A DNA stretch of 64,000 nt from Longimicrobiales bacterium (GTDB taxonomy: Bacteria > Gemmatimonadota > Gemmatimonadetes > Longimicrobiales > RSA9). The translations under genes were made by a program, and so were the position numbers. Positions 1 through 9,917 of this stretch are shown one piece after another (within the stretch, counting starts at the first letter, position 1; the number at the start of each line of letters is the position of its first letter). Under the pieces are notes generated by a model, which had not been told where the DNA came from, did not search any database, and saw only the letters and a program-made list of their open reading frames with translations. The stretch covers positions 5,017 to 69,016 of the forward strand of contig JBOHRE010000001.1 of NCBI GenBank assembly GCA_050732635.1. Reading direction: 5' to 3'.

Positions 1-36
1 TCGGACGTGGTCGAGCTCGTGCGCAAGGTGCTCTGA
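1..36 (+). CDS. 3-prime end of an unidentified CDS (partial, ...SDVVELVRKVL*)
   Basis: Open frame from the window edge to TGA at 34-36. It is too short to identify. Confidence 0.2.
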   Translation, partial: SDVVELVRKVL

Positions 37-56
37 GCGGCGCGCCTGGGCATCCC

Positions 57-941
57 ATGCAGCTTCGCGACCTGCTTCCGCTCGAGCACGTGGTTGTGCC
101 GCTCCACGCCCGAGATCTGCGCGCAGCGCTCGAGCGGCTCGCCGCCGCGCTGGATGCCGCCGGCCGCATCGCCGATCGCGACGCCCTCGCCGAATCGCTC
201 GAGCGGCCGTCCCTGCGCTCCGCCGTGGCGGTCGGTGACGACGTCGTGCTGCCGCACTTCCGGACCAACGCCGTGAGCGAGCTGGTCGTGGCTCTCGGTG
301 TATCGCCGCAGCCGATCGACGCGTTCCGCAGCGGCGTCGACACCGGGCCTCGCGTCGTCGCCCTCGTGCTCGCACCCCAGGACACCGCCACGCTGTACCT
401 GCAGACGCTGTCTACCCTGGCGCGCTTTTTTCGCGACGACGAGCGGCGTCGCCGCGTGCTCGAGGCCCGCGAGCCGGGCGACGTTGTGGCCGCGGCCGAA
501 GAGGCCGACCTGCGCATCCAGCCGCGTCTCACGGTACGCGACATCATGGTTCCCGTGGCCGCCCGCGTCACACCCGATACGTCGATCCGTGAGGCGATCG
601 ACCTCATGGTCCGTTACCGGATGATGGTGCTGCCTGTCGTCGGCGAGAACCACGAGGTGCTCGGCACCGTGACCGAGCGTGACATCCTGCGGCATTTACT
701 GCCGCAGATGCCTCGCGCAGGCGCGGACGCCGATCCCGGCGATCAGCCGGCACTCGAGGATCTGCACGTACGCGACGTCATGAGCCGCTCTGTCCTCTGC
801 ATCTCCGAGGACAGCAGCCTCGAGGAGGTCGCATCGATGCTCAGCAACAAGGACGTCTCCCAGCTCCCGGTCGTCCACGAGGGCGGACTGACCGGCATGC
901 TCAGCCGCGGCGATGTCATCCGCAAACTCTTCGGACGCTGA
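57..941 (+). CDS. PTS EIIA(Ntr)/PtsN-like domain fused to a CBS-pair domain
   Basis: The N-terminal half resembles PTS EIIA type-2, including a VLPHFR motif like the PtsN phospho-His site. The C-terminal half has two CBS repeats (VRDIMVP..., VRDVMSRSV...). Confidence 0.6.
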   Translation: MQLRDLLPLEHVVVPLHARDLRAALERLAAALDAAGRIADRDALAESLERPSLRSAVAVGDDVVLPHFRTNAVSELVVALGVSPQPIDAFRSGVDTGPRVVALVLAPQDTATLYLQTLSTLARFFRDDERRRRVLEAREPGDVVAAAEEADLRIQPRLTVRDIMVPVAARVTPDTSIREAIDLMVRYRMMVLPVVGENHEVLGTVTERDILRHLLPQMPRAGADADPGDQPALEDLHVRDVMSRSVLCISEDSSLEEVASMLSNKDVSQLPVVHEGGLTGMLSRGDVIRKLFGR

Positions 942-954
942 TTCCATTTCCTTC

Positions 955-1368
955 ATGACTACGACACTCGCAATCGTGAAGCCCGATGCGCTCGCCGCCG
1001 CCAAGGCCGGAAGGATCCTGGCCCACCTCGAGGAGCGGGGCTTTCGCATCCGCGCAATCCGTCTGCTGCACATGAGCGAGGCGCAGGCCCAGGAGTTTTA
1101 TGCGATTCACCGTGAACGGCCGTTTTATCCAGCGCTGGTCCGTTTCATGACCTCCGGGCCGTGCATGCCGGTGCTGCTCGAGCGCGATCAGGCCGTTGCC
1201 GCGCTGCGTGAGGCGATCGGCGCGACCGACCCCCAGGAAGCCGCGCCCGGCACGGTGCGCGCCCTGTACGCCGAGTCGAAGGAGCGCAACGCGATCCATG
1301 CCTCGGACTCCACCGAAAACGCGGCGCGCGAGGCCCACTTCTTCTTTGCCGGGGTGGATGTGCTCTGA
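955..1368 (+). CDS. ndk: nucleoside diphosphate kinase
   Basis: MTTTLAIVKPDA... and NAIHASDS motifs are typical of Ndk. I chose the ATG at 955 inside the longer ORF 913-1368. Confidence 0.9.
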   Translation: MTTTLAIVKPDALAAAKAGRILAHLEERGFRIRAIRLLHMSEAQAQEFYAIHRERPFYPALVRFMTSGPCMPVLLERDQAVAALREAIGATDPQEAAPGTVRALYAESKERNAIHASDSTENAAREAHFFFAGVDVL

Positions 1369-1448
1369 GTCCCCCACCCCGGGGGCGAGGCGGCTGCGCG
1401 GGCCGCAGGGGTGGACAGAAAGCCGCGCGGTGGCGACATTTACAGGCT

Positions 1449-1952
1449 ATGCTGCAAGTGGATTTGGCCCGGCTACGCGCTGCCCGGAAGCTGCTGTTGG
1501 AAGAGACGCTGCCGACCGAGGCGCTGGCTGGCGCTGACGTGAGGCTGGCGACGCCGGTGCAGGTGCGCCTCGAGGTGCAGCAGGCCGGCGGTGACGTGGT
1601 CGTCCGCGGTGAGATCGGCGGCCGCGTCGCACTGGAATGCCGGCGCTGCCTCAAGGCACTCGAGCTACCCGTACAGGAGCCGGTTTCGGCGCTCTTCACC
1701 GAGCAGGTGCAGGCGGCGGAAGCCGAGGGAGAGGGCGTGTACCCACTGCCGGTGCACGCCAGGATGCTGGAGTTGCAGGAGCTCGTGCGTGAGCAGCTGC
1801 TGCTCGGGGCACCGCAGTACGCGTTGTGCGATGATGCCTGCCGGGGTCTGTGCCTGCACTGCGGTGCGGACCTCAACCAGGTCGAGTGCGGCTGCACGAT
1901 CCAGGACGTCGACGAGCGCTGGGCGCCCCTGAGGCGACTCCGGCGCGACTGA
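1449..1952 (+). CDS. yceD: YceD/DUF177 family protein (23S rRNA accumulation protein)
   Basis: Two Cys pairs (CRRC ... CLHCG) are present. The position immediately upstream of rpmF-plsX is conserved for this family. Confidence 0.8.
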   Translation: MLQVDLARLRAARKLLLEETLPTEALAGADVRLATPVQVRLEVQQAGGDVVVRGEIGGRVALECRRCLKALELPVQEPVSALFTEQVQAAEAEGEGVYPLPVHARMLELQELVREQLLLGAPQYALCDDACRGLCLHCGADLNQVECGCTIQDVDERWAPLRRLRRD

Positions 1953-1965
1953 GGAGGGTCAAGCG

Positions 1966-2148
1966 ATGGCAGTACCGAAGAAGCGGATCTCCAAGCAGCG
2001 GAAACGCAAGCGGCGCGGCAATCACAAGGCGGCGGCTGCGCACACGATGGCCTGCCCGAAGTGCGGCGAGCCGAAGCTGGCCCATCGGGTGTGTCCCGTG
2101 TGCGGCACCTACCGCAACGAGCAGGTCGTCGAGGTCGAGGAGATCTGA
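1966..2148 (+). CDS. rpmF: 50S ribosomal protein L32
   Basis: MAVPKKRISKQRKRKRR N-terminus and a CPxC...CPVC zinc ribbon. Confidence 0.95.
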   Translation: MAVPKKRISKQRKRKRRGNHKAAAAHTMACPKCGEPKLAHRVCPVCGTYRNEQVVEVEEI

Positions 2149-2158
2149 GGCGGCGGCC

Positions 2159-3169
2159 GTGCGCATCGCGCTGGACGCCATGGGCACGGATGGGCACCCC
2201 GGAGTCGAGATCCAGGGTGCCCTAGCCGCGCTGCGCGATCTGACATCGGATCTGGAGGTCCTGCTGGTCGGGGACGCCGCCCGCGTAGAGGCGGAGCTCG
2301 CCCGGCAGCGTACGGTGCCGAGCAGCCGGCTGCGGGTCGTCCATGCGCCCGAGCGCATCGGGCCGGGCGAATCACCGGCGACGGCGATCCGGCGCAAGCC
2401 GGATTCATCGATCGTACGGGCAATCGCGCTGCAGCGCGAAGGCGAGGCGGATGCATCGGTCAGCGCCGGTTCGACGGGTGCGATGATGGCCGCCTCGTTG
2501 ATCATCCTGCGCCCGATCGCGGGCGTGGACCGCCCGACGGTTGCGCCCGTGCTGCCCACGGCCGCCGCGCCCGTCGTCATGCTGGACGGCGGCGCGAACG
2601 TCGACGCGAAGCCGCAGCACCTGGTGCAGTGGGCGCGTCTCGGCGTCGTCTATGCCGAGGACGTGCTGCGCCGACCGCGGCCGCGCGTGGGGCTGCTCAA
2701 CATTGGCGAGGAGCCCGAAAAGGGCGACGAGCGGTCGGTCGAGGCACATCGGCTGCTGGCCGCGAGCGATTTGAACTTCGTCGGCAACATCGAAGGTCGC
2801 GACATCATCCGCGGCGCCTGCGACGTGCTCGTGACCGATGGGTTCGCCGGCAACGTGCTGCTGAAGTTCTATGAGTCAGTGGCCGGGTTCCTGGTCGGGC
2901 TGCTCGAGAAGGAGTTCGAGACGCACGAGCCGAGTGGCGAGCTGCGGCGCGCGATGCGGGTGCTCGACTATACCGAGTACGGCGGCGCGCCGTTGCTCGG
3001 CGTGAACGGGATCTCGATCATCTGCCATGGCGGCTCGCCGCCTCGGGCCATCAGCAACGCGATCCGGGTTGCGGTGCAGGCGATCGAAACACGGATGCTG
3101 GGGCATGCGGCGCGCGCGATGGCGAGCGCACCGGCCGGTGCCGGAGCAGGCCGAACGGAGGCACTATGA
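2159..3169 (+). CDS. plsX: phosphate acyltransferase PlsX
   Basis: VRIALDAMGTDGHP... and SAGSTGA motifs. An in-frame GTG at 2159 lies just after the rpmF stop. Confidence 0.9.
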   Translation: MRIALDAMGTDGHPGVEIQGALAALRDLTSDLEVLLVGDAARVEAELARQRTVPSSRLRVVHAPERIGPGESPATAIRRKPDSSIVRAIALQREGEADASVSAGSTGAMMAASLIILRPIAGVDRPTVAPVLPTAAAPVVMLDGGANVDAKPQHLVQWARLGVVYAEDVLRRPRPRVGLLNIGEEPEKGDERSVEAHRLLAASDLNFVGNIEGRDIIRGACDVLVTDGFAGNVLLKFYESVAGFLVGLLEKEFETHEPSGELRRAMRVLDYTEYGGAPLLGVNGISIICHGGSPPRAISNAIRVAVQAIETRMLGHAARAMASAPAGAGAGRTEAL

Positions 3170-4164
3170 GATCGCCGAAACCGAAGGTGGAGATCGCGGC
3201 GATGGGCCGCTTTCTACCCGAGCGCGTGCTGACGAACGCCGAACTCGAGAAGATGGTGGATACCACCGACGAATGGATCACGGAGCGAACCGGCATCCGG
3301 GAGCGGCGCATCGCTGACGCGGACACGGGTGCGGCGGTGATGGGCACGGCGGCAGCGTGCACGGCGATGCAGCGGGCCGGCGTGCAGCCGGGTGAGGTCG
3401 ACCTGATCGTCGTCGCCACGGCGACGCCGGATCGATTGCTGCCGTCGACCGCTTGCGACATTCAAGCCATGCTCGGAGCGACGAATGCCGCCGCATTCGA
3501 CGTGTCGGCTGCCTGTACCGGGTTCATCTACGCGCTCGATGTCGCCGAGGCGCATCTGGCGGCGGGCCGGGGCGAGATTGCGCTGGTGATCTCGGCCGAG
3601 AAGATGAGTGCCATCACCGACTGGTCGGATCGCACGACCTGCGTGCTGTTCGGCGATGGCGCCGGCGCGGCGGTTCTGCGTCGAACGCAGAACGGTCAGG
3701 ATCGCGGCATTCTCTCCAGCTTCATCCGCTCCGATGGCACACTGGCAGAGCTGCTCTGGCGGCCGGCCGGCGGCGCGCGGATTCCGATGGACTACGCCGT
3801 GATCGACGAACGGTCACACCTCGTGCGCATGGCCGGCCGCGAAGTCTTCAAGGCCGCGGTCCGGTCGATGGCGGAAGCCGCCGACATGGCGCTGCAGCGT
3901 GCCGGCCTGACCGGTGACGACATCGACTTGCTCGTGCCGCATCAGGCGAACATGCGGATCATCGAGGCGACCGCCAAGTACGCGGGCATCCCCATGGAGA
4001 AGGTCTTCGTCAACATCCACAAGTACGGCAACATGAGCTCGGCCACGGTGCCGATCGCGCTGGACGAAGCGGTCGAAGAGGGCCGACTCGAGCCCGGCGA
4101 CCATGTGCTGATGGTGGCGTTCGGCGCCGGCTTCACCTGGGGCAGCTCGGTCGTCCGGTGGTAG
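3166..4164 (+). CDS. fabH: 3-oxoacyl-ACP synthase III
   Basis: AACTGF active-site Cys context plus HQAN and GNMSSAT motifs. ATGA overlap with plsX. Confidence 0.9.
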   Translation: MRSPKPKVEIAAMGRFLPERVLTNAELEKMVDTTDEWITERTGIRERRIADADTGAAVMGTAAACTAMQRAGVQPGEVDLIVVATATPDRLLPSTACDIQAMLGATNAAAFDVSAACTGFIYALDVAEAHLAAGRGEIALVISAEKMSAITDWSDRTTCVLFGDGAGAAVLRRTQNGQDRGILSSFIRSDGTLAELLWRPAGGARIPMDYAVIDERSHLVRMAGREVFKAAVRSMAEAADMALQRAGLTGDDIDLLVPHQANMRIIEATAKYAGIPMEKVFVNIHKYGNMSSATVPIALDEAVEEGRLEPGDHVLMVAFGAGFTWGSSVVRW

Positions 4165-5093
4165 GTCTGCTGTTCCCGGGGCAGGGCGCACAGTTCGTCG
4201 GCATGGGCCGTGATCTGGCGAGCCGGTTCCCCCTCGCGAAACAGGCCTTCGAGGAGGCCGATGAGTCGCTCGGCTTCGCCCTCTCGCGCACCGCGTGGGA
4301 TGGCTCCGAAACGGAGCTGACGGCTACTAGCAATGCGCAGCCAGCCATCCTCGTCCACTCCATTGCCGTCTGGCGCATCCTGCGCGAGCGCCTCGGCGAC
4401 GTCGTGCTGGCCGCGGGCCATTCGCTTGGCGAGTTCAGCGCGTACGTGGCGGCCGACGCGCTGTCGTTCGCGGATGCGGTTCGCACGGTTCGCCGGCGTG
4501 GCGAGCTGATGCTCGAGGCCGGGAACGCGCGGCCTGGCGCAATGGCCGCGGTGATCGGGCTCGAGGATGCCGCGGTCGAGCGCCTTTGTGCCGACGCTTC
4601 GGGCAGCACGGACGGCGTCTGTGTGGCGGCCAACTTCAATTCGCCCGCGCAGGTCGTGATCAGCGGTGATCACGCCGCCGTCGGCCGGGCCATGGCACTC
4701 GCGCGCGCAGCCGGCGCGAAGCGCGTCCTGCCGTTGAACGTGTCCGGTGCCTTCCATTCGCCTCTCATGGAGCCCGCGCAGGCCGGGCTGGGCGCGGCGC
4801 TCGGCACGGTGGCCCTCGCTGATCCGACATTCCCGGTCGTGTCGAACGTCACGGCCGAGCCGGTCGCGGATGCGACCAGGGCGCGCGCTCTGCTCCTCGA
4901 GCAGCTCACCTCGCCGGTGCGCTGGACGGCGTCCATGCGCACGATGCTCGGTGCCGGAATCACGCAGTTCGTCGAGATCGGGCCGGGCGCCGTGCTGTGC
5001 GGGCTGCTGAAGCGGACGGAGCGTGGTCGGACCTGCACCAGCGTCGGCACGGCCGCTCAGTTGGCCGGGTTCGCCGGTGTGGGGACAGTATGA
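4158..5093 (+). CDS. fabD: malonyl-CoA:ACP transacylase
   Basis: LFPGQGAQ, GHSLGEFSA and VSGAFHSPLM motifs. Confidence 0.9.
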   Translation: MVGLLFPGQGAQFVGMGRDLASRFPLAKQAFEEADESLGFALSRTAWDGSETELTATSNAQPAILVHSIAVWRILRERLGDVVLAAGHSLGEFSAYVAADALSFADAVRTVRRRGELMLEAGNARPGAMAAVIGLEDAAVERLCADASGSTDGVCVAANFNSPAQVVISGDHAAVGRAMALARAAGAKRVLPLNVSGAFHSPLMEPAQAGLGAALGTVALADPTFPVVSNVTAEPVADATRARALLLEQLTSPVRWTASMRTMLGAGITQFVEIGPGAVLCGLLKRTERGRTCTSVGTAAQLAGFAGVGTV

Positions 5094-5836
5094 TCGCGGA
5101 CCGCGAGCTGAGCGGCGGCGTCGCCGTGGTGACCGGCGGCTCGCGTGGCATCGGTCGCGGTATCGCCGATCATCTCGCTCGCGCCGGGGCGCGAGTCGCG
5201 ATCGTGGCCCGGGGCGCCGATCGGGCAGCGGCAGCCGCTACGGAGCTCGACGGTGACGGGCATCGGGGGTTCGGCTGCGATGTCGCCGATCCCGCTGCGT
5301 CTAACGCGTTGATCGAGACGGTCGAAGAGGAGCTCGGCCCGATCACGGTTCTGGTGAACAATGCCGGCGTGACCGAGGACAACCTGCTCGTCCGCATCAC
5401 CGACGAGGCATGGGATCGCGTGCTGGACACGAACCTGAAGGGCGCGTTCAACCTGATCCGGGCGGTCGCGCGAGGCATGATGCGCAGGCGGGGTGGACGG
5501 ATCATCAATATCACCAGTGTCGTCGGGTTGACGGGAAACAAGGGGCAGGCGAATTATGCGGCCTCGAAGGCCGGACTGATCGGTCTGACGAAGGCGGTCG
5601 CCAGGGAGCTGGCCAGTCGGGGTGTGCTGTGCAACGCGGTTGCGCCCGGCTACATCGAGACGGAGATGACGGCGTCGCTCGGCGAGGTGGCACGCGAAAC
5701 GCTACTGGGGCAGATCGCTCTGGGCCGGCTCGGCACAGCCGACGACGTGGCCAACGTGGTGCGTTTTTTGGCCGGCCCCGGCAGCGCCTACATCACCGGC
5801 CAGGTCATTGTCGTGGACGGCGGGATGGTCGTCTGA
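5090..5836 (+). CDS. fabG: 3-oxoacyl-ACP reductase
   Basis: SDR motifs TGGSRGIG, NNAG and YAASKAG. ATGA overlap with the fabD stop at 5090-5093. Confidence 0.9.
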   Translation: MIADRELSGGVAVVTGGSRGIGRGIADHLARAGARVAIVARGADRAAAAATELDGDGHRGFGCDVADPAASNALIETVEEELGPITVLVNNAGVTEDNLLVRITDEAWDRVLDTNLKGAFNLIRAVARGMMRRRGGRIINITSVVGLTGNKGQANYAASKAGLIGLTKAVARELASRGVLCNAVAPGYIETEMTASLGEVARETLLGQIALGRLGTADDVANVVRFLAGPGSAYITGQVIVVDGGMVV

Positions 5837-5860
5837 CACTTCACTGAGAGGAATACGGAC

Positions 5861-6106
5861 ATGGCGGGCAACGTGGAAGATCGGGTCAAGGAGATCATCG
5901 TGAACGAGCTCGGCGTCGAGCCGGAGAAGGTTACGTCCGAAGCGTCGTTCGTCGAGGACCTCGGCGCCGACTCGCTCGACACCGTGGAGCTGGTCATGGC
6001 CTTCGAGGAAGAATTCGGTATGGAGATCCCGGATGAGGACGCCGAGCAGCTCCAGACGGTCGGCGACGCCATCAAATACGTCCGGGAGCACGCCACCGAA
6101 GCTTGA
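5861..6106 (+). CDS. acpP: acyl carrier protein
   Basis: 81 aa with the [19 protein letters not shown] phosphopantetheine-attachment motif. Confidence 0.95.
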   Translation: MAGNVEDRVKEIIVNELGVEPEKVTSEASFVEDLGADSLDTVELVMAFEEEFGMEIPDEDAEQLQTVGDAIKYVREHATEA

Positions 6107-6139
6107 GCGGATCGTGAGCGCGGTGTACATGGAGGATCG

Positions 6140-7402
6140 ATGAATCGACGGACGCGTCGCGTCGTCGTCACCGGCGTCGGTATGCTGACGCCGGTGGGCA
6201 ACGATGTCGAATCGGCGTGGACTGCGCTGCTGGAGGGCAGGAGCGGCGCCGGTCCGATTACGCAATTCGAGGCGACCGACGAGTTCGCGGTCCGCTTCGC
6301 GGCCGAGGTGAAGGGCTTCCAGCCCGAGCAGTACCTCGATCGTAAGGAGGCGCGGCGCATGGATCGCTTCGCTCAATTCGCCATGGCGGTCGCCGAGCAG
6401 GCGATGCACAGTGCCGGCCTCACCGATGCGCTGGATTCCGTCGACCGCGATCGCTTCGGCGTGCTCATCGGCAGCGGCATCGGCGGCATCGCCACCTTCG
6501 AGCAGCAGACCCGCGTCATGATCGAGCGCGGCCCCGCACGCGTGAGCCCCTTCTTCGTGCCCATGTTCATACCGGACATCGCGGCCGGCCACGTGTCGAT
6601 GCGCTACGGCCTGCGAGGCCCGAATTACGCCACCGTCTCCGCCTGCGCATCCAGCGCACACGCCGTCGGCAACGCGTTCGATGCGATCCGCTACGGTATC
6701 GCCGACCTGATGCTCGCCGGTGGCACGGAAGCGACGGTGACGCCGCTGACGATCGCGGGCTTCGGCAACATGAAGGCGCTCTCCACGCGTAACGACTCGC
6801 CGGAAACCGCGAGCCGACCGTTCGACGCGACGCGTGACGGCTTCGTCCTAGGCGAAGGCGCCGGCGCGGTGATCCTCGAAGCGCTCGAGCACGCCATGGA
6901 CCGCGGCGCCGACATCCTGGCCGAAGTCGTCGGCTATGGCCAGACTGCAGACGCGTACCACATCACAGCGCCGGCTCCAGAGGGCGCTGGCGCACAGCTC
7001 GCCATGACGGCCGCGCTGCGCGATGCCGGCCTGGAGACCGGCGACATCGGTTACATCAATGCGCACGGCACGTCCACGCCTGCGAACGACCTGAACGAGA
7101 CGCTGGCAGTGAAGAAGGTCTTCGGGACCGACGTCGAGCGCGTCGTCATGGGATCAACCAAATCAATGACGGGTCACCTGCTCGGCGCCGCCGGTGCGGT
7201 GGAGACGGTGATCACGAGCCTGGCCTTGCGACACTGCAAGATTCCACCGACCATCAACTTCTCGACGCCCGACCCGGCCTGCGACCTGGACTACGCCCAC
7301 AATCGAATGGTGGAGCGAAAGGTCGATGCTGCGCTGACCAACTCGTTCGGCTTCGGCGGCCACAACGTCTGCCTCGCGTTGAAGCGCTGGAGCGGCGTCT
7401 GA
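6140..7402 (+). CDS. fabF: 3-oxoacyl-ACP synthase II
   Basis: KAS I/II family with ACASS active-site Cys, HGTSTP and GHLLGAAG motifs. Confidence 0.9.
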   Translation: MNRRTRRVVVTGVGMLTPVGNDVESAWTALLEGRSGAGPITQFEATDEFAVRFAAEVKGFQPEQYLDRKEARRMDRFAQFAMAVAEQAMHSAGLTDALDSVDRDRFGVLIGSGIGGIATFEQQTRVMIERGPARVSPFFVPMFIPDIAAGHVSMRYGLRGPNYATVSACASSAHAVGNAFDAIRYGIADLMLAGGTEATVTPLTIAGFGNMKALSTRNDSPETASRPFDATRDGFVLGEGAGAVILEALEHAMDRGADILAEVVGYGQTADAYHITAPAPEGAGAQLAMTAALRDAGLETGDIGYINAHGTSTPANDLNETLAVKKVFGTDVERVVMGSTKSMTGHLLGAAGAVETVITSLALRHCKIPPTINFSTPDPACDLDYAHNRMVERKVDAALTNSFGFGGHNVCLALKRWSGV

Positions 7403-8544
7403 TGGCAGCGTCGGTTGTCACCGAGGAGCTGCGCGCGTCGCCGACGGATCGCCGGCTGTGGCCGATCGCCGACAAGGTCCTGGCGGGCGAGCGTCTCGAC
7501 AGCGCCGACGGCGGCGCGCTCTTCGAGTCGCACGACCTGCTGGCGATCGGCGCGCTCGCGGACCTCGTCAACCGCCGCAGGAACGGCGACCGCGTTTTCA
7601 TTGTCGCGAACCAGCACATCAACCCGACGAATGTCTGTATCCTGCGGGCAACCTGTACCTTCTGCTCGTATGCTCGTCGGCCGAAGGAGGACGGCGCCTA
7701 CACGATGGAGCTGGAGGAAGCGTTCGCCGAGGCGGAGCCCGCGCGCGACAGCCGCATCCGCGAGTTCCACATCGTCGGCGGGCTGCATCCCAAGCTTCGG
7801 CTCGACTACTACGAGGATCTGCTGCGGGGGCTGAAGCAGCGACATCCCGACGTCGAGATCAAGGCACTGACCGCTGTCGAGATCGCGCACCTCGCCCGCA
7901 TCGAGAAGACGACCTACGAGGACGTGCTGCTCCGGCTGCGTGAGGCCGGGCTCGACTCGCTGCCGGGCGGCGGCGCGGAAGTGTTCTCCAAGGCGGTCCG
8001 CTCGAAGATCGCGGATCGCAAGCTGGTCGCCGAAGAGTGGATCGACGTGCACCGCACCGCGCACCGGCTCGGCATTCCGAGCAACTGCACCATGCTCTAC
8101 GGCCACGTCGAAACGGTCGCCGACCGCATGGAGCACCTGCACATGCTGCGCGACCTGCAGGACGAGACCGGCGGCTTCCTGACCTACATCCCGCTGGCGT
8201 ATCACCCGGACCACAACGAGCTGGGCGAGCAGCTCGGACGCGCTGGCACCGCCACGACCGGCTACGACGATCTGAAGAACCTGGCCGTGGGCCGGCTGTT
8301 CCTCGACAACTTCGATCACATCAAGACGCACTGGATCATGAACACGCCGAAGGTCAGTCAGATCGCGCTGCACTTCGGCGTCGACGATCTCGAGGGCACG
8401 GTCGTGCGCGAAAAGATCTATCACGAGGCCGGCGCCACCACGCCTCAGGGCCTCACCTTCGGCGAGATCGTGCGCCTGGTGAAGGACGCCGGAAAGACGC
8501 CCGTCGAGCGCGACGCGTTGTATAACGTGGTGGGGGAGTGGTGA
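7402..8544 (+). CDS. mqnE: radical SAM menaquinone (futalosine route) enzyme, MqnE-like (aminofutalosine synthase)
   Basis: HINPTNVC...C..C cluster motif, HIVGGLHP and KALTAVEI resemble my recollection of MqnE/CofH-family proteins. The assignment of MqnE versus MqnC comes from remembered motifs only. Confidence 0.65.
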   Translation: MAASVVTEELRASPTDRRLWPIADKVLAGERLDSADGGALFESHDLLAIGALADLVNRRRNGDRVFIVANQHINPTNVCILRATCTFCSYARRPKEDGAYTMELEEAFAEAEPARDSRIREFHIVGGLHPKLRLDYYEDLLRGLKQRHPDVEIKALTAVEIAHLARIEKTTYEDVLLRLREAGLDSLPGGGAEVFSKAVRSKIADRKLVAEEWIDVHRTAHRLGIPSNCTMLYGHVETVADRMEHLHMLRDLQDETGGFLTYIPLAYHPDHNELGEQLGRAGTATTGYDDLKNLAVGRLFLDNFDHIKTHWIMNTPKVSQIALHFGVDDLEGTVVREKIYHEAGATTPQGLTFGEIVRLVKDAGKTPVERDALYNVVGEW

Positions 8545-9830
8545 GGCAGGCGGGGGCGGGCGCGGGCGCGGGGGTTCAGCCATTGGCCGAGCAGCGCGCA
8601 CTGCCGATTCTCCGTACCACCGCCCCGCGCCGGCGCCCGCCGACGCCGGAGGGCTCGGAGGGGCTGCGTCGCTCGACGCAGCGCCCGGTGTACGTGCCGC
8701 AGCCGCTCGATGCGCGGCCGTACGCGGCGCAGATCGGTGAGTGGCTCGAGGTGCTGCGGGCGACGCCGCTGCTCGAGCTCGGCGCCCGTGCGCACGCGCT
8801 GCGCACCGCAAAGGTCGGCGGCGACGTCGTCACCTACATCGTCGATCGCAACATCAACTACACGAACGTCTGCGTGACCGACTGCCGCTTCTGCGCCTTC
8901 TACCGGCGGCCGAAGGACGATGAGGCGTACGTGCTGAGCTACGACGAGATCGGCCGCAAGATCGACGAGGCGAAGGCGCTCGGTGGCGTGCAGATCCTGA
9001 TGCAGGGCGGGCACAATCCATATCTACCGCTGGACTGGTACACCGGGCTGCTGCGCTACATCAAGGATCGGCATCCGATCCACGTGCACGGCTTCAGCGC
9101 GTCGGAGATCGAGACGATCGCGAAGGTGTCGAAGCTGCCGATCGATGTGGTTTTGCGCGAGCTGCACGACGCGGGACTCGACTCGATTCCGGGCGCCGGT
9201 GCGGAGATCCTGGTCGACCCGGTACGCGACTACATCGCGCCCAAGAAGATCGACTCGAATCGCTGGCTCGAGATCCACGAGGCGGCGCACGAGGTCGGCA
9301 TGCACACGACGGCCACCATGATGTACGGCGTGGGCGAGGCGTGGGAGGACCGGCTCCAGCACCTGCTCGAGCTGCGTGCCTCGCAGCAGCGCAGCCTCGA
9401 GGCGGGCCGGCGCGGGCGCTACACGGCCTTCATCGCCTGGTCGTTCCAGCCGCTGCACACGGAGATGGAGCCCTGGGCGCTCGAGCTCGGCACCGGCATG
9501 GACTACCTGCGCATCACGGCGCTCGGTCGGCTCGTGCTCGACAACTTCGACAACGTCCAGGTCTCATATGTGACGCAGGGCCCGAAGATGGCGCAGCTCG
9601 CGCTGACGTTCGGCGCGAACGACTTCGGCTCGCTGATGATCGAGGAGAATGTGGTGAGTGCGGCGGGGACGGATTACATCATGCCGGAGTCGGAGGTGCG
9701 CCGCATCATCGCCGACGGCGGCTTCGAGCCCAAGCGCCGCTACCAGGACTACACGCTCGTGGATGAGCATCCGCAGGGTTGTCCCTGCTGCGCCCGCCGT
9801 GACGTACCGATGGCGGCGCCAGCCCGCTAG
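8538..9830 (+). CDS. mqnC: radical SAM menaquinone enzyme, MqnC-like (cyclic dehypoxanthinyl futalosine synthase)
   Basis: DRNINYTNVCVTDCRFCAFY, LMQGGHNP and SLMIEENVVSAAG motifs. The true start may be the in-frame GTG at 8688, because the first ~50 codons are low-complexity. Confidence 0.65.
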   Translation: MVRQAGAGAGAGVQPLAEQRALPILRTTAPRRRPPTPEGSEGLRRSTQRPVYVPQPLDARPYAAQIGEWLEVLRATPLLELGARAHALRTAKVGGDVVTYIVDRNINYTNVCVTDCRFCAFYRRPKDDEAYVLSYDEIGRKIDEAKALGGVQILMQGGHNPYLPLDWYTGLLRYIKDRHPIHVHGFSASEIETIAKVSKLPIDVVLRELHDAGLDSIPGAGAEILVDPVRDYIAPKKIDSNRWLEIHEAAHEVGMHTTATMMYGVGEAWEDRLQHLLELRASQQRSLEAGRRGRYTAFIAWSFQPLHTEMEPWALELGTGMDYLRITALGRLVLDNFDNVQVSYVTQGPKMAQLALTFGANDFGSLMIEENVVSAAGTDYIMPESEVRRIIADGGFEPKRRYQDYTLVDEHPQGCPCCARRDVPMAAPAR

Positions 9831-9917
9831 CCGACGAGCGCGAGCCGCCCCTTGACCGTCAGGGCGCGTGCGGGGCGTCGCGCCCCGAATCGCTGGCCAC
9901 CCTCTGGCCGCTGACCC

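Noticed and set aside
1145-2197. 350-aa minus-strand ORF opposite yceD, rpmF and plsX. Similar long antisense or off-frame ORFs include 7291-8811(-), 21204-22940(-), 34670-35692(+), 47222-49024(-) and 56134-57582(-).
   Set aside because: Their translations are Arg/Pro/Ala/Gly-rich with no recognisable motifs. They lie exactly opposite or out of frame with strongly supported genes. This is the typical shadow-ORF artefact of very GC-rich DNA.
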